From the human T2T-CHM13v2.0 reference genome, Homo sapiens: a DNA stretch of 64,000 nucleotides. Below are positions 25,801 to 39,410 of the stretch, piece after piece. Every line of letters begins with the position of its first letter. The stretch's first letter is position 1. Made by a program: the position numbers and the translations under genes. Under the pieces are notes generated by a model that had not been told where the DNA came from, ran no database searches, and was given only the letters and a program-made list of their open reading frames with translations. Where the stretch lies: the NCBI RefSeq assembly GCF_009914755.1, contig NC_060935.1. One strand, written 5' to 3'.

Positions 25801-28589
25801 CCAGCTCTCTGGGAGGACAGGCTTGATCCCCTCCATCTGGTGCCGGAGGGGTGGAACAAAATGCTTCCTGCTTCTCTGGACCATAAACTGGAGGATTAGA
25901 AGGGCCTCAGAGGGACTTATTTGGTCTACCCGTCTGCTTCCAAAACTCTAGATTCCCTCTAAGCCATTCCACAAAAGAGGGTCCCTGTCTTCTGTTCCCG
26001 GAAATCACCTAGGAGAGTGCATCTGTGGTCATTCATTCCTGCATGACATGGTGTTCAACCAAGGACTGTTCTCTAACCAGCCACTTGCAGAGCACCTACT
26101 ACACACAAGGCTCTGTGGAGATTCAAAGAATTAAAAAGCAGTCCCCGCCTTTTAGGAACATATTATCTGGCGGTGGAGAGGCCCTCATCCATGCTCAGAT
26201 GGTCGGTCAACAAATATTTCTTGACAGCCCAGTTGCTCCTATTCTGTGCTAGGCACAGACAGTGATGAACATTTCCAGCAAAGTCCATTCCCTACAACCC
26301 AACCCACCCCTGCCCCAAGAGAAACATTAAGAAAATCAGCACACGAAACCAATTATTCATTATATGTGTGTGCCAAGGGCTGAAGGAGGAAAATGAGAGA
26401 GCTAGAGGGCAAATAATAGCATCTTAGTGAGTGGTGCAGTGGGAAGTGGGGCAGGGGCTGTACCTACCATGCACCAGAGCTTATACCAGCACTTTTCCCT
26501 TCACTTACAATACTTTGTATAATCCTGACAAGGCTAGAAGAAGTTGCTAGTATCCCCATTTTGCAGGTGAAGAAACTGAAACTCACAGGTTGCCTAGTAG
26601 CTCAACACTGGGACCCGCACCTTCCCTCTGCTCTGCCACCTGTCCCTCACATGCAAAATGAATTAACAACACTAGCCAACCTGTGATCCCAGAGCAAGTC
26701 AGACAAGGAGAAGCAGATGGTTCTGTCTGGATTTAGAAGAGGAAAGAGCCTGGGTGCTCAGGTCTGCATCAGGGAAGCCTTCCCAGGGAAGGTGGCTCTG
26801 GAACTAAGTCAGAGAAATACCAAGGAAGGGAAAGGTCCCAGACAAGGGGCACAGCTGGGGCCAGAGCACAGAAGTAAGAATAGATTCTGTTTCAGAGGCA
26901 AGGAGTGAGGAAATCAGGCCAGGCTGAAGTAGTGGCTTTGGGTAAGGAGGTCATAGGAGACAAATCTGAAAAAGAAGCATGAACCAGGTTCTAGAAGACC
27001 TTAAATGTCCCACTATGGATGTGTTCTTTGATTGGATCCCAGGTCCCAAAGCTGCTGTAGGGCTTGCAGAAGCAGAGAGGCAAGAATACTCTACCAGCAC
27101 CAAAGCCAACTGAACCCGGACCTCCCTTGATCCAGCAGGGTCCCCCTTCCCCACTTCCCCCTGGTACTAGCAGCCTGGTGAATGCTGCTGAGGGAGGCTG
27201 GTCCCCTGCTCTGAGAAGCCTCAGAGCATCACCATGGAGATGCTATGCCAGCCACACAAAAGGAGCTGCAAGCTCCCGAGCTCACTTGGGACTCCAGCTA
27301 ACAAGGAGGTGGCAAAAGTGTTTCATTTTCTCTCTTCTTTTTGCTCTCTCTCAAAAACAAGAGGCAATTTACAAAGGCAAACAAACCCCACCCCAACCCT
27401 GGAAGGCAGCTGTAAGCCTGCCCTTCCGTGAAGGCTGGCCCCCTTCTGAGAGAAGGCAGACCCTGTGTCTGGGTTCCACAGTGGGAAGTTCCTAGGAGAG
27501 AAGAAGGGATGGGGAAACCAACAGGAAATGTAGCAGGACTGTTCCCCTTTTCTCTTGCCCTTACGGAGAGGGCAAACTCAGGGCCATGTGAACTTAATGT
27601 GAATGTAAGTTGATATCTCCAGTCACCCATTTTGGAGGTCTGAAAAGCCAACATCCTCTGTAATTGACTACAAAGCCTGGGCCCTTTCAATGGGGATAAA
27701 TAACACCAATTGGGTATACCAGGAGGTTTTCACTCCACCACCACTCAATAGTTCCATTATGGATTAAGCATTCCAATGCAGCCAGTTCCCATATAACAGC
27801 CCAGGGAATCCTGATGACTGCATGCAAAAGGACCAGGAATGGCCTCCGAATGGTGGAGAGGGGAAAGCAACAGAAGGGACGGAGGGGAGGTGCCAGGACC
27901 TCCAGCAACAGACAGGGCGGGACAGGCTGTGGAAAGAAAGACTCGCTTCTGGGTTGGGAAGGGAGGAGCTCAGAGCAGCTCCAGCCAGCAAGCAATCTTC
28001 ACACATTCATTGTCATTCTCTTCTGCAAAGGAGTGAGAAGAGGGGAGGGGGAGAGGTGGCGCCAAGAGAGGGAGCAAGCGGGAGAGGTGAGAAATCCAGC
28101 ATCTTCAGACCTGCCCACACTGCTGGCTTCTCTGCTGCGTGCAATACCTCATCTCACAGTCATTAGAGAGAACCCACAGGAAGGATGGAAGCCGGACACC
28201 CCGAAGAGTGGGAAAATGAAGAGAACAGATGCAGACAGACAGACGTGCGTCTAAGCCTCTTGGGAGAGATGGGCCCCAGCTTGGCGCTGTCCCAGCCTTC
28301 AAAGTTCCAGAATCCTTGGAGTGGCAAATGGACCAGGATTGTGGTCACTTCCAAAGTCGCAGGGGAACCCAGCAAGCAAAGTCCCCATGTCTGATGTGAG
28401 CTCTGTTCCTTTTTCTCTGCCTTCTTCTGGGGCAAAAAGGGACTCAACATCCCCTCCAGTCTGGCTCAGCCTCTTCAAGCTCAGGAGCAAAGGGCTGCAA
28501 ACTGCAAGGAAGGCTCGGGGAGGGGGGAGACCTAGGAATAGTCTTGGGAGGAGCAGCACTTGCTGCTAAAAGTGTTGAGTCAGATCCTG

Positions 28590-29150
28590 ACAGTCTTCTA
28601 CGCAGACCCTTGCAAGGGCTTCCATCTCACTCAGGGTAAAAGCCAAAGTTGTTACGTCAAGGCCCCATAAAATCTGCACACACATACACACCCCTCCAAC
28701 CCACTGCCTTTCTGAACTCACCTGGTACGCTGCCTCTCACCTGCTCTGATCTAGTTGAAGTGCCTCCTTCTGATTCGCCAAATACCCTGGGACCTCAGGG
28801 CCTTTGCACTTGCTTTTCCTCTGCCTGGAACACATTCTCCAGATGTCTTCATGCCTCACTCCCTGAGGCCTGTATTTCCACATGACTTTCTCAGGGAGGC
28901 TTCTTGGTCACTCTACATAAAACTGCAGCCACCTCCAAAGTCTCTGTCCCTCTTCCCTGTTTTGTCTTTTCATAGCTTTAATCACCACCTTTATGTACTT
29001 GTGTATCAAGTTTACCGTCTGTATCTCTCACTGGAGTCCACATTCCATGATGATATGAATGTTTGACTTTTTTGTTCACTGCTGTACCCTCAGCACCTAG
29101 AAGCATTTTGGCAGATGGTTGGTACTCAATAACTATTCAATGAATGAAAG
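28590..29150 (+). mobile_element. L2a LINE 3' end
   Basis: cctcagggcctttgcacttgcttttcctctgcctggaacac..tgttcactgctgtaccctcagcacctagaa..aatgaatgaa. Confidence 0.88.
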
Positions 29151-29456
29151 AAACATCCTAAGCTTGCTCCTCACTCATCCCTTGAAGTACCTAGAAAAAC
29201 ATACCCTCTAAATGCCTCAGAAGACACCAGCCTCCCTGGAAAATTACTGGTTCCTTGGACCCAAGCTGAGACTGGACACGAGAAAGATGGCAGGGCTAAC
29301 CGGATGGAGCCTTTTCTCCTGCTAGGTCCCAAGAGGGTGGAATGTGGGTAAGGGGAGACACTTCTGAGTAAGAATCACTCTGAACACCTGGATGGCACCA
29401 TCACCATGTGCAAAGAGCAAATTCGTTTTGATCATAAGTCTGTCCTTCAGTGAGGG

Positions 29457-29530
29457 CACACACACGCTCATGCTCACACACACACATGCATGCACACACA
29501 CACACACATGCTCACACACATGCATGCACA
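29457..29530 (+). repeat. Degenerate (CA)n/(CATG) repeat
   Basis: Direct reading. Confidence 0.85.
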
Positions 29531-30965
29531 GGGGTATGCACATCCATTTCAATTTCCACCCCAACTCATTGAGGAAGAAAAGAGCTCCAGAGTGAGCAGA
29601 CTCAGTTTCTGGTCCCTGAGCCATCACCCCCAGGCCCTGCAGCCTTTAGTGCCTGCTGAAACTAAAGAGTCACCTTGCTCATCTCTGGAGGCCCAGAAGT
29701 GCCTGCTCACTCTGCCTGCTCATCAAGATTGGCATGAGGGTCTGGGTTGGGATCGAGTGTGACCACCTTCAGCAACATCATCCCACTGGAAAACATTCTT
29801 AATACCTATATATCATTCTTGCTGATTTCTGCCTATCATTGGTGATGGTGGGGTTAGGGAGAGGGAGATGGAGAAGCAAGAGCAAAGGGGAGAAAAATAG
29901 CCCTCAAGATAACAAACCATGAGGCAAAGCACTAATCAGCTTGCTGGGTTGATTTCCTGTGGAAGCAAATGCGTTTTGCAAGGTTGGATGAATAATGGGC
30001 AACGCAAACTCAGACCGCTGGCTCCCTGGCATGGGTGCAATCCCAGTCCAGCCTTCCCTTCCCCTCTCTGGACTGGTGGGACCCAGGGCAAGGGCACTCA
30101 CACTCCTGGCAAGCTGGGCAGGTGCCCACGATACCCTAAAGGTGCTTGGGGCTGGGAGTCTCTGGGCCATGGCAGCCTGGCTGCAGTTGGCACTCTCGGC
30201 CCAGCTGGGCCAGTTGGGCATTATTTATAATTGAGCTTATCGTGTGCAACCCTCACTGTCGCTGTCAGAACCATTTGATGTCGTTGAGCCTTTGGAAAAA
30301 GGAGAGAGGCGGGAGGGAAGAGGCAAAGGCAGGAGAAACAAAAGAAGTTTCGTAGCAGGACTTCAAAAAAGCCAAGTGTTTGAAAAGATCTTTGCTAAGG
30401 TTCTGACCTACTTTGCATGTGGATAAGCCATCTCTTTCTCTTTAAAAGAAAAAAATCCCATACAAAGTGGTCACAGCTCTATTCAGGAGAGCCAGGGCTG
30501 CACGGCAGAAAGGGGCTTTAGTGCTGTAATCAGAGGCCATTTAGGAGCCATGATTTGGGTAATTATGTAAGATTTCAGCCTCTCTTCTTCTAGGGCCATG
30601 CATAGCCCTGGTAGATGGGCTGCCAGAGCAAGACAGCCAGGGATGAAAGAGCTGGTGCCCTGCAAACCATGCCTCAGGGAGCAACCTCTGCACTCTGGCA
30701 GGAGTCACACCTCACCCAGGTGCAGACTCTGACACCTCCCAGCTGTGGAACCTTGGGTTCCTGACCTAGACTTTCAGGGACTCACTTTTCTCTTCATATG
30801 CATACCTCAGAGGAGATATACACTAAGGGCTCAATAATGGTGACTCTTTCCTCCCAGTTTTCTAGAATGAATTGGGAGGAGTCATCCCATCCTGTTCACA
30901 GATTCCTTGGACCAATTAATGTCAACTGGGGTCCCCAGTGACCAGTGATTAGAACATAAGCAGTG

Positions 30966-31084
30966 GGCCAGGTGCGGCAGCCCACGCCTGTAATCCCAGC
31001 ACTTTGGGAGGCCAAGGCAGGTGTATCATTTGAGGTCAGGAGTTCAAGACCAGCCTGGCCAACATGGTGAAACCCCATCTCTAC

Positions 31085-31141
<57 letters not shown>

Positions 31142-31311
31142 AAAATTAGCCAGGCAGTAGTGGCACGCGCCTGTAATCCCAGCTACCAGGGAGCCTGAGG
31201 CAGGAGAATTGCTTGAGCCTGGGAGGCGGACATTTCAGTGAGCCAAGATTGTGCCACCGCACTCCAGTCTGGGTGACGGAGTGAGATCCTGTCTCGAAAA
31301 AAAAAAAAAAA
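30966..31311 (+). mobile_element. AluSx with A17(TA)n expansion in the linker
   Basis: TSD agaacataag(c/t)ag; (TA)n at ~31104-31139. Confidence 0.93.
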
Positions 31312-31694
31312 AGAACATAAGTAGAGTCAAGTAAGGGGCCAGCTCAACAGCTGGAAAGCCAGCTTGAAGAGAGCCCTGGGGAATCTGGGGCAAGGGGCAC
31401 CAGGAAGTGTGGGTGGGGAGCTTGGGACATTCTGCAGAGAGCAGATGGCAACACTGCTCTCACACCACTCCTGCCCCATAGCTTTATACCCCCACTGGTC
31501 TAAAGAGCTCAACCCTCTGAACTTGGCTTCTAACAGGCAGAAAAAAAATCCACTGTGGGGGACCTTCTAGGACTGTTAGCATACTCAAGAGAAATGAGGT
31601 GGGTTGGGACAGAGAAGGAATGAGCAGAACCCCTTGAGAAGTTGGGATAAGAGTTTATTGTTATTAAAATAATTAATAGTATTAACATTTTTAT

Positions 31695-31870
31695 TTTATA
31701 ATCCTCACAACAGTCCTATGAGGTTAGTACTATCAGAGATTCTTACTATTCCCATTTGACAGATGAGGCAACTGAGGTTCAGAGAGAATCCATTGTTCAG
31801 AAGCACATAGCTTGTCCCCAGGGTCTGTGTCTGAATTAAGAGTCTGGGCTCTCATTTACTGTATATTGCC
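31695..31870 (-). mobile_element. MIR SINE
   Basis: aatcctcacaacagtcctatgagg..cccatttgacagatgaggcaactgaggttcagagag. Confidence 0.8.
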
Positions 31871-32584
31871 TCCAAAGCCTTTGCATTCATTCACCAAAGA
31901 TGGAATGAGCACCTACTGTGGGTGCCAGGCTGTTTCAGGCACTGGAGATGCCGTAATAAACACAAGCAGATGAATAAGGCTCTGTCCTCAGGGCACCTAT
32001 GTGGGTAAGCATTATGGGTTTCACCCACACCACACCCCTGCCCACTCCCCCAGCATGGCATGGGACTACGTCAGGGATGTACTTGGAGATGCAAATAAAC
32101 TCTTTTAATCTCAGTCAAATTCAACCATCTAAGGGTAGGTCAATCTCCTTTAAAAATCTAATCATTTCATGAATTCCAAACAGAGATGAAATTAATTGTA
32201 GATTACCTTTTGGCTTTAGGTTACACTGCCCTCCAAATGCAGTTATCAAGAGATCCTCTGGCAAAGGAGCTACCACTGGCTCCCGGGGTCCTGTTCAGCA
32301 ACACTTCTGAGGATTAGAGTGCCCAGCGCCTCCTCCAGGCCCTTGAGGGGGCACCCTTGACTGCCCTGGTAGGTGGGAATGGGCACCCTTTGCCCTCAGC
32401 CCTTTGCTTTTCATCTATGGGTCATCAAATCCAAGGGCAAAACTGAAGGGCCAGAGCTTGGCTAATCTCTATCCCTCACAATTCAGGCAAGGCTAAACCT
32501 CCAAATCATTAAAAAAAAAAAAAAAAAAAACACTCCAACATCTAAGCTCAGGGTAAACGTGCACGGATCTTGCAAGCTAAGAAA

Positions 32585-32900
32585 TTCACATGCTTTTTTG
32601 ATCCAGAGTTTCATTCAAGGAATTACCATATAAAACCCTTACACATTCTGCACTAAGACATATGCCCAAGGATGTGTAACTCAGCATTGTTTGTATCATA
32701 AAAAGTGGAAGTTCACAAATACCTCTAGATGAGGGAATTATGAAGTCACACCATGGTACAGTCACACTGTGAAATACTAGATGCCCATTTAAAAGGGTGG
32801 CAAAGCGCAATGGACACTGACAAGAAAGGTCTCCAAGACACATTCAGTAAAAAAAATAAGCCACAAAACAATATGCTTGGTATAGTCCTATATTAAAAAC
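32585..32900 (+). mobile_element. Old L1 (L1ME-like) 3' fragment
   Basis: caaggatgtgtaactcagcattgtttgta..atggtacagtcacactgtgaaatacta..ctccaagacacatt. Confidence 0.65.
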
Positions 32901-35459
32901 AAACAACAAGGAAAACCAGTAGGTATGTGTGCATAGGGGAGGTACATGTAATTTCAAAAAAAGATAATGTATACAAAGCTTTCACATAGTGTCTGGCATA
33001 TGGTAAATTCCAGGGACATTGAGCTATTATTTCTAAATAACATGTTTTAAAGATGGCACAAGGAAGGGGCTAGCCATGGTTATCCCTGAGGGCAGGAGCT
33101 GGGTGGGGTGGTTTTGGAGATAAGCACCCACAATTCACTATACTGGGTCTGTTGTTTGGGTGTTTGATATCATTTTGCAGCTTTCAAAGGGAAAAGGAGG
33201 ATGTCAAGCCTCAGCTTCCCCAATACTGTCAGAGGAGAAGCTTCTCTTGATCCTAGGTCCTTTTGTTTTCTAAAGTTTTCTGGTGTGCTCCATGAGTGCC
33301 TCTGATGCCATTTCAGCCCATGCCTGGGCTTCTAGGCTCCTTCACAAAGGAAATAAGAATCCCTCACTGTGCCTCACAGCTTCAGCGATGCGGGGCTTTC
33401 CGTGGCTGGGACACTCAGTATCATCCCCAATGCTGGGCCACGCGGGGCCACGAGGGAGAGTGCTCTTCTCTTGTCCATGACCGTCCTGCCGTCCTGCCAT
33501 CCATTTGGCGAAGGGGTCCTGACTTTGTCTCCTATGTTCTGTCTCTATCTTGACTCTTATTTTCTCTCTTCCTTGCCCTTCCTTTAAATTCTGGCCCTCT
33601 GTTTCTTCCTGACATATACACAGCTCTCTGCACAAGAATGATGCAGAGCTATTTGACAGCTGCCCCTCTGGCTTGGGTCTCTCTCTGCCAAGGATGGTGA
33701 AGAGGGTTGAGCTACCATGAGAGATGGGGACTAGCTGGGCTGTAGCTCTTGGCCATGAATGACGATAGCCCCAGTCCCTCCTCCCCTCTGCCTCTCCAAC
33801 CCCACCTGAGAGGTGGGATGGGTGTAAGAGGACCAGAAGATGATACAGTTCCAAGAAATCAGTCCTGCCCCAGTCTCCTTCCCACTGGGAATGTTCCCTG
33901 CTGCTGGGAGAGAAGCAGGAGGCCAGGGTGTTGATATTCAACCATCTAGCAGTCACCAACAGCCCTGCCCTCAAAGGGTCCAGAAATGGATAAAACAGGG
34001 CTCCCAGTTGCACTTTGGGATGTGCCTGGAGGGCAGTGAGGAGGAGGTTCTGGGAGGCATCCTGTCACACAGGTCCCAGCAGATTTGGCCCCTGACCACC
34101 TGCAGCCTTGCTCCAGAGAAAAGCCAGAGCTCCCGGCCCGGGCACATGGCAGGATCTGCTTTTACTGCGAAGATCCCAAATGGGGAACTCAGGACTCTGG
34201 GCCATCCGCACTCTTTGCCTGCCCTATCCTTCCCATTCTACAATGTAGTCAGAGGAACAGTTGGCTCTTACTCATTATGAATAAAACACAGTGAATTTTC
34301 AACCTCTCCAAAAGACTTTCTATTGTCTTCTCTGGCTCTCACACTGAGTTAGGTCAGGTAGATGAGATGTTCCTATTCATAGGTGGGAAATAGAGGTCCA
34401 TGGTCACTCACACAAGGGTCAAGGGCAGGCCCTAGAGCCACAGTGACCAACTCTCCTGGCTCCTGACTTCTTTCCACCAGGCAGGGTCTAGCCTTAGATG
34501 AGTTTTCTTTCCTGACGCCAGTAGCTAGATAGACCACACTGCCAGGATTATCCACACTATCGTCTAAAAGCACCAAAGGGGTCAAATCCAAAGACGTCCT
34601 TTAGAAAAAGAAATAAGCATTTTCCAAAGTCTTGGAATCATAGTTATTAGAGATTTTCCAATCCTCTTATTTTACATATAAGGGACATGGGATCCAGAGA
34701 CGTGAAGTAACTGGTGGAAGGTCACACAGCAAGGCGGAGCTAGGATTTGCCCCTAGTGAGCCCAGGTACTGGGCTGTGAGCTTCCTCACATCAGGGCGAG
34801 CCCAGCTCCTGCCCCTCCCTCCTGGCAGAGCTGGGCAGGGCCCGGGTGGATGGTGTTTTCTTGACAGTCGTATTGAAACATATGGTGGGATTTTGGGGGG
34901 AGAGGTAACTTTGCACTATTCTCTCTCTTGTTCTCACATGCATCGTGCATTGGCAGAGACATGTGAAGGATTTTCATCAGGAACATTGTCAGTGCCTGAC
35001 AGTGCTCTGTGATGAACCTCACTCCTTCCAGGCAGGTCTGCTCAGACAGTGCTGGGGAATGAGGACCCAGAGGAGGAAGAGACGCCCCCACCTCTGCCCC
35101 ACGTGTGGGGCACCTCATAGGCAGGGCTGGAATTTAGAGTCCCCACTGCAGTTTCTACTTCATCCTACTCTATATTAACCTGAATCCAAAGCTCCAAGAC
35201 ATCCTGGGTGGAGCACTGGAATGGGGAGTCCAGGAGGCCTGGGTTCCAGCCTCAGCCCCAAACCAATTCCTAGGCAGGGTTGGGTAAGACCCCTATATGC
35301 CCTAGGTGTCTGTGCCCCTTCCACGAAGTGAGGCTGTTGGACTAGATCATCTCTCCAAGTCCCTCCAGCTCCGCCACACCACACTCTGCCATCGTGGGAA
35401 GAAGGGAATCAGAGGAGTAAAATGTGTGGATGTCAGGAAGACACTGGGTTGAATAACAG

Positions 35460-35670
35460 CCACAGCACATAACATTTCTTAAACACCAATTGCATTCTAG
35501 GAACCCAGCTAGGGGCATCACACATATCCTTTCTTTTGATCCTCACAACAATCTTTGAGATACTATAATTATCTTCATTTTATAAATGATGCAACTGAGT
35601 CTCCACAATGTTAAGTAATTGTCCGAGGTCTTGCAGCTTATAATCAGTCAAGTTTGAACTGTCTAGCTTC
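35460..35670 (-). mobile_element. MIR SINE
   Basis: atcctcacaacaatctttgag..cattttataaatgatgcaactgag..gttaagtaattgtccgaggtc. Confidence 0.75.
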
Positions 35671-35727
35671 CCTCCCTCACCTTCCCAAACCACCCGCTAC
35701 ATGCATGCATGTGCGGATGCACACTCT

Positions 35728-35764
<37 letters not shown>

Positions 35765-35767
35765 ACT
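35728..35767 (+). repeat. (CA)n microsatellite
   Basis: Direct reading. Confidence 0.95.
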
Positions 35768-36555
35768 GTAGTCTCCCTGGCGCCAGAACTTCCCAGGTGG
35801 GAGCCACAGAGATGCAATGGGAACTGCCTCCCACAGTCAGCTGCTAGGATGATCTGGCCTCCCTGCCCCCTCTCTGATACCAGTGCAGCCCTAACTTTCC
35901 AACACCTTCCCAATTTCAAAGACTCTTGTCAGACCACAAGTCCAATTTTTGCTCCAGAGGAGATGGCTCTATTCCCTAAAATCTCATTCATTCTCTTCTG
36001 TTCTTTACCCCAAATCTTGCCCTCACCTCCTCCAGGTTCCTGCTCATTTCTCAACCGCAGCCCATACTCCTCTGCTTCTTAGGCTCTCGGCTGATCAGTG
36101 TGTGGGTATGTTCACCTCCTTTCTCTGAATCTTCTCAAATATGGCCCCACATCAGGCTCGGCGCAGGGGACTTAGTGAGGGGCTGATTGAGGACATGTGG
36201 AAGCTCACACAACTGACTCCCTGTGAAATAATCAGGAAAACACGAGGGCGTGGATGGGCTCAACTACAGCGAGCTTAAAATGTTGGCAGTGTGGTGAGGA
36301 AAGGCCTAGAGGCTGAGGACCCAGCTGGGCCTGGGGGCAGATGTGCCCAGATTAAAAGGGAGACAGGCAGGGGGCACCCCAGTAACACAGAGGAGGGGGA
36401 TTCTGAAGAAAAAAGCCACAAGACTTGCTGAGTGATTATCACCTGGAAGACCAGGAGAGGGAGCAGGGGAAGATGACCCAAGGCTTTGGGGAAACCTGGG
36501 GGGTGGGAAAAGTGTGGTGAGCCTCAGAGACAAAGAGCTGATGGGAGAGAAGAAG

Positions 36556-36661
36556 AGTGTGTGTGTGTGTTTGTGTGTATGAGTGAATGTGTGTGCATGC
36601 ACACGTGCGTGTGTGTGCGAGTGTGTGTGTGGTGAGTGTGTGTGCATGTGTGTGAGTGCAT

Positions 36662-36705
<44 letters not shown>

Positions 36706-36720
36706 AGAGAGAGATGAGAG
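36556..36720 (+). repeat. Compound (TG)n microsatellite ending in (GA)n
   Basis: Direct reading; pure (TG) run at ~36667-36701. Confidence 0.95.
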
Positions 36721-38079
36721 GGCAAAAAATCTTGTTTCCAACACTGGTTTTGAAATAACAGAAGAATTTTCCAGTGCTGGGTGGTTAGAAAGCTAGAGCC
36801 AGAGCAGCAGGAGCATGCAGGGTGGGGACTCTGAGGGACCTCACCACACACTGCACTTTAAGCGGCATGAGGCAAGGTCCAGATATGCTTCCTGTGCCCC
36901 CTCTCCCCAGCTGTATCAACCCAGCCAGGAGCCTAACTCAGATGCCCCCATGAAACCCTGTTGAATGAAGCAAGTGATGCATCCTAAGAGTGATGCATAT
37001 AAAGATGGCACTGCACCCCCCTAGGGCAGCCAGGGGCACCGATGTGAGCACTAAGGACAAAGCAGGCGGTGGGATAGACCCTGCAGGCAGCTGCATTGAG
37101 GGGTGGACAACGGTGCCAGCCAGGGGCACAGGGAGCAAAGGGAAGGAGGAAGGAGAGGAGCCCCAGGGATGGGTGACCCAGGAGAGAGTCCTCAGCATGC
37201 AGTGGACTGGAAGAGAATGGATGGAAGGGCAATGTGGGTTTAGGGGAGAGAGAGGAAGGGAGGGTAATGAAATGTTAGCTGGAAGAGGTAGTTAGGAAGG
37301 TCATGATTGGTGATTTGTTCCATTTGACCAACACTTACTGGACACCTGTTATACGCTGGGCACTGTGCCGGGCAGTGGAACCCTGGAATGAATCAAATCC
37401 CTGCCCAAGGTAGGAAGTAGAGAGGGCTCTCCAAGCCACAGGGAAGAGGAGTAACTGACCCTGACAGTGACAGAGCCGGGAGGGCAGTGCTTTGATGGAG
37501 GCATGAGCTGTGGATGCAGGATGCATGTGCTGCTGGGGAGACGAGGAAGGGCACTGAAGATGTCAAGATGGGGCTTGGAGGCAGGGGTCAGCATGGTGTC
37601 CAGACACCTTCGGGCCACAAGAGACAGCAGCCTCTCCCTGCCAGAAGCCAGCCCTCCTTCAGTCTTCATTGAAACTTCCAGAGATGTGTCAGCTTCCTAA
37701 GACCTTTAAGCATTCTAGAGCCCTGGCAGGGCAGAGCCTGTGGCCAACCCTCTACACGGGCTTTCTTTGCCCTTCTTGGTTGAATTTCTCCTGGATCAGT
37801 GGATGCTGTCAATGTGATGTCCCCTCTCCAACACATCTGTGTGCATGAACACACTCACACACACACACACACACAGAAAGCACCACTGCAGCAAGCCAGA
37901 GAGGCAGAGCCATTTCTACCAAGGTCACACAGGGAGGAGCCATGGAAACCCCTTAGAGCCGACATCCCCAAAATGGGTGGCGAGGAGGGGGACCAGCCCT
38001 CAGGGTCACTGCCTTTGCTCAGACCCCCTAGTCTCCATGCCCTCTCCAAAAGGCACCTTCCTTTCCCCTGCCTTTCCCC

Positions 38080-38652
38080 AAATCAATCCCGACATCTCCT
38101 TAAATCGAAGTCAGCCACAATGAAAGGGTGGTGCGGAATTTTGTTTACCAATCCTGGCTTCTAATTAAAATTAGCTGATGGTTCTTCTACTTGGTTTTTG
38201 TTCTGACTATTTTTAAGCCAGAGCTGCTAGATCAGTGCAGCCACTAGTAAGCTGTCAAATCAAATTTTCAAAAGCAAATTGCTTTTATAATTAATTATTA
38301 TTACCGCTCCCAGTTTTGTGTTGCCTTAATGAACACAATCAGGTTTCACCCTCTGCTTCTCCCCCACACGCACTCAGCACCCCCTCACTTTCCCAGACCC
38401 ACCTCCCACCTCTCCAATCCAAGTTGGGCAAATGGAAAAGGAAAGAAGAAAAGCAGACACGTTCTGAGCCCCCTCCCCAACCCCCCCGTAGCCACCTCCT
38501 TGCTCACACCCTCACCTTCAGAGTGAGTAATTAAAGTTCTGCTGCCTGTTACGGAATAAATGGTACATGTTTTAATTACCCCTGAGCCTACCCAGGCATC
38601 CCCACACCCCCGCCCAAGTCTGTGAGTCTATGTGGTTTTGAGGGGGACAGTT

Positions 38653-38689
<37 letters not shown>

Positions 38690-38760
38690 TGCTTCTGTGA
38701 TGGTGACAGCGGTCTGTCACCCAGGGCCTGGCATTCACTGGGGAACTGTCAGTTACTAAG
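38080..38760. promoter_or_regulatory. Candidate homeodomain-rich enhancer
   Basis: TAATTA at ~38162, ~38288 (ATAATTAATTAT), ~38527 and ~38573; inverted TGACAG pair at 38702-38721. Confidence 0.45.
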
Positions 38761-39079
38761 GAAACTAGGAGGGAGAAAGGAAGGGAGAGAGGCGGTTAGA
38801 TCCAATTTTGGGTGACAAGTGTGAGGCATAAAGATTTTGGCCTCCTCTGTGCATCCCAGCCTAAGTGAAATCTCTGGGGGTGGGCAGGGGGTGGGCCAGG
38901 GAACAGGCAACACCAGGAGGCCACGCCCTTCTTAGGAACCTAAGGCAGGTCAGAGGGAGAGAGACGCTAAGGCAAGATCAGCACAGGACCAGGACGGTGA
39001 CCAGAGCAGGGGTGTGTGTGTGTGTGTGTGTTCGCATGCACACAGCTGTTCACACCCATGTTTGTGTGTGCCTGCCTCT

Positions 39080-39410
39080 ACATTCATCCTTTCTGTCTTT
39101 TGGGTATTTTCTGTTATTTTCCTTTCGTTTTCCTCCTTCCTCAGTTTGTAATGTATTTAATTTCCATCCTTCCCCCACTCTGATTTTTTTGGTTATTCTA
39201 TTCTGTGTCTTATTCCTTTCTCTTTCTGTCTCTTTTCTCTCTCTCTCTCCCTCCCTCCCTCTCTCTGTCTCCCACACACACACTCTTCTTCTCTGTCTTC
39301 CTCTCTTCCTCTGCATCCGTCTACTATCTTTTTCTCTGTCTGTTCCCAGACCACTCCCCTCCCCAGCATGGCGCTCTCTGTTTTCCCTCTTCTCTGTCTC
39401 TCCCAGTCTC
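39080..39410 (+). repeat. CT-rich low-complexity tract
   Basis: Direct reading. Confidence 0.85.

Noticed and set aside
33342-34013. 223-aa minus-strand ORF
   Set aside because: No recognisable domain, non-ATG start and non-coding-like composition
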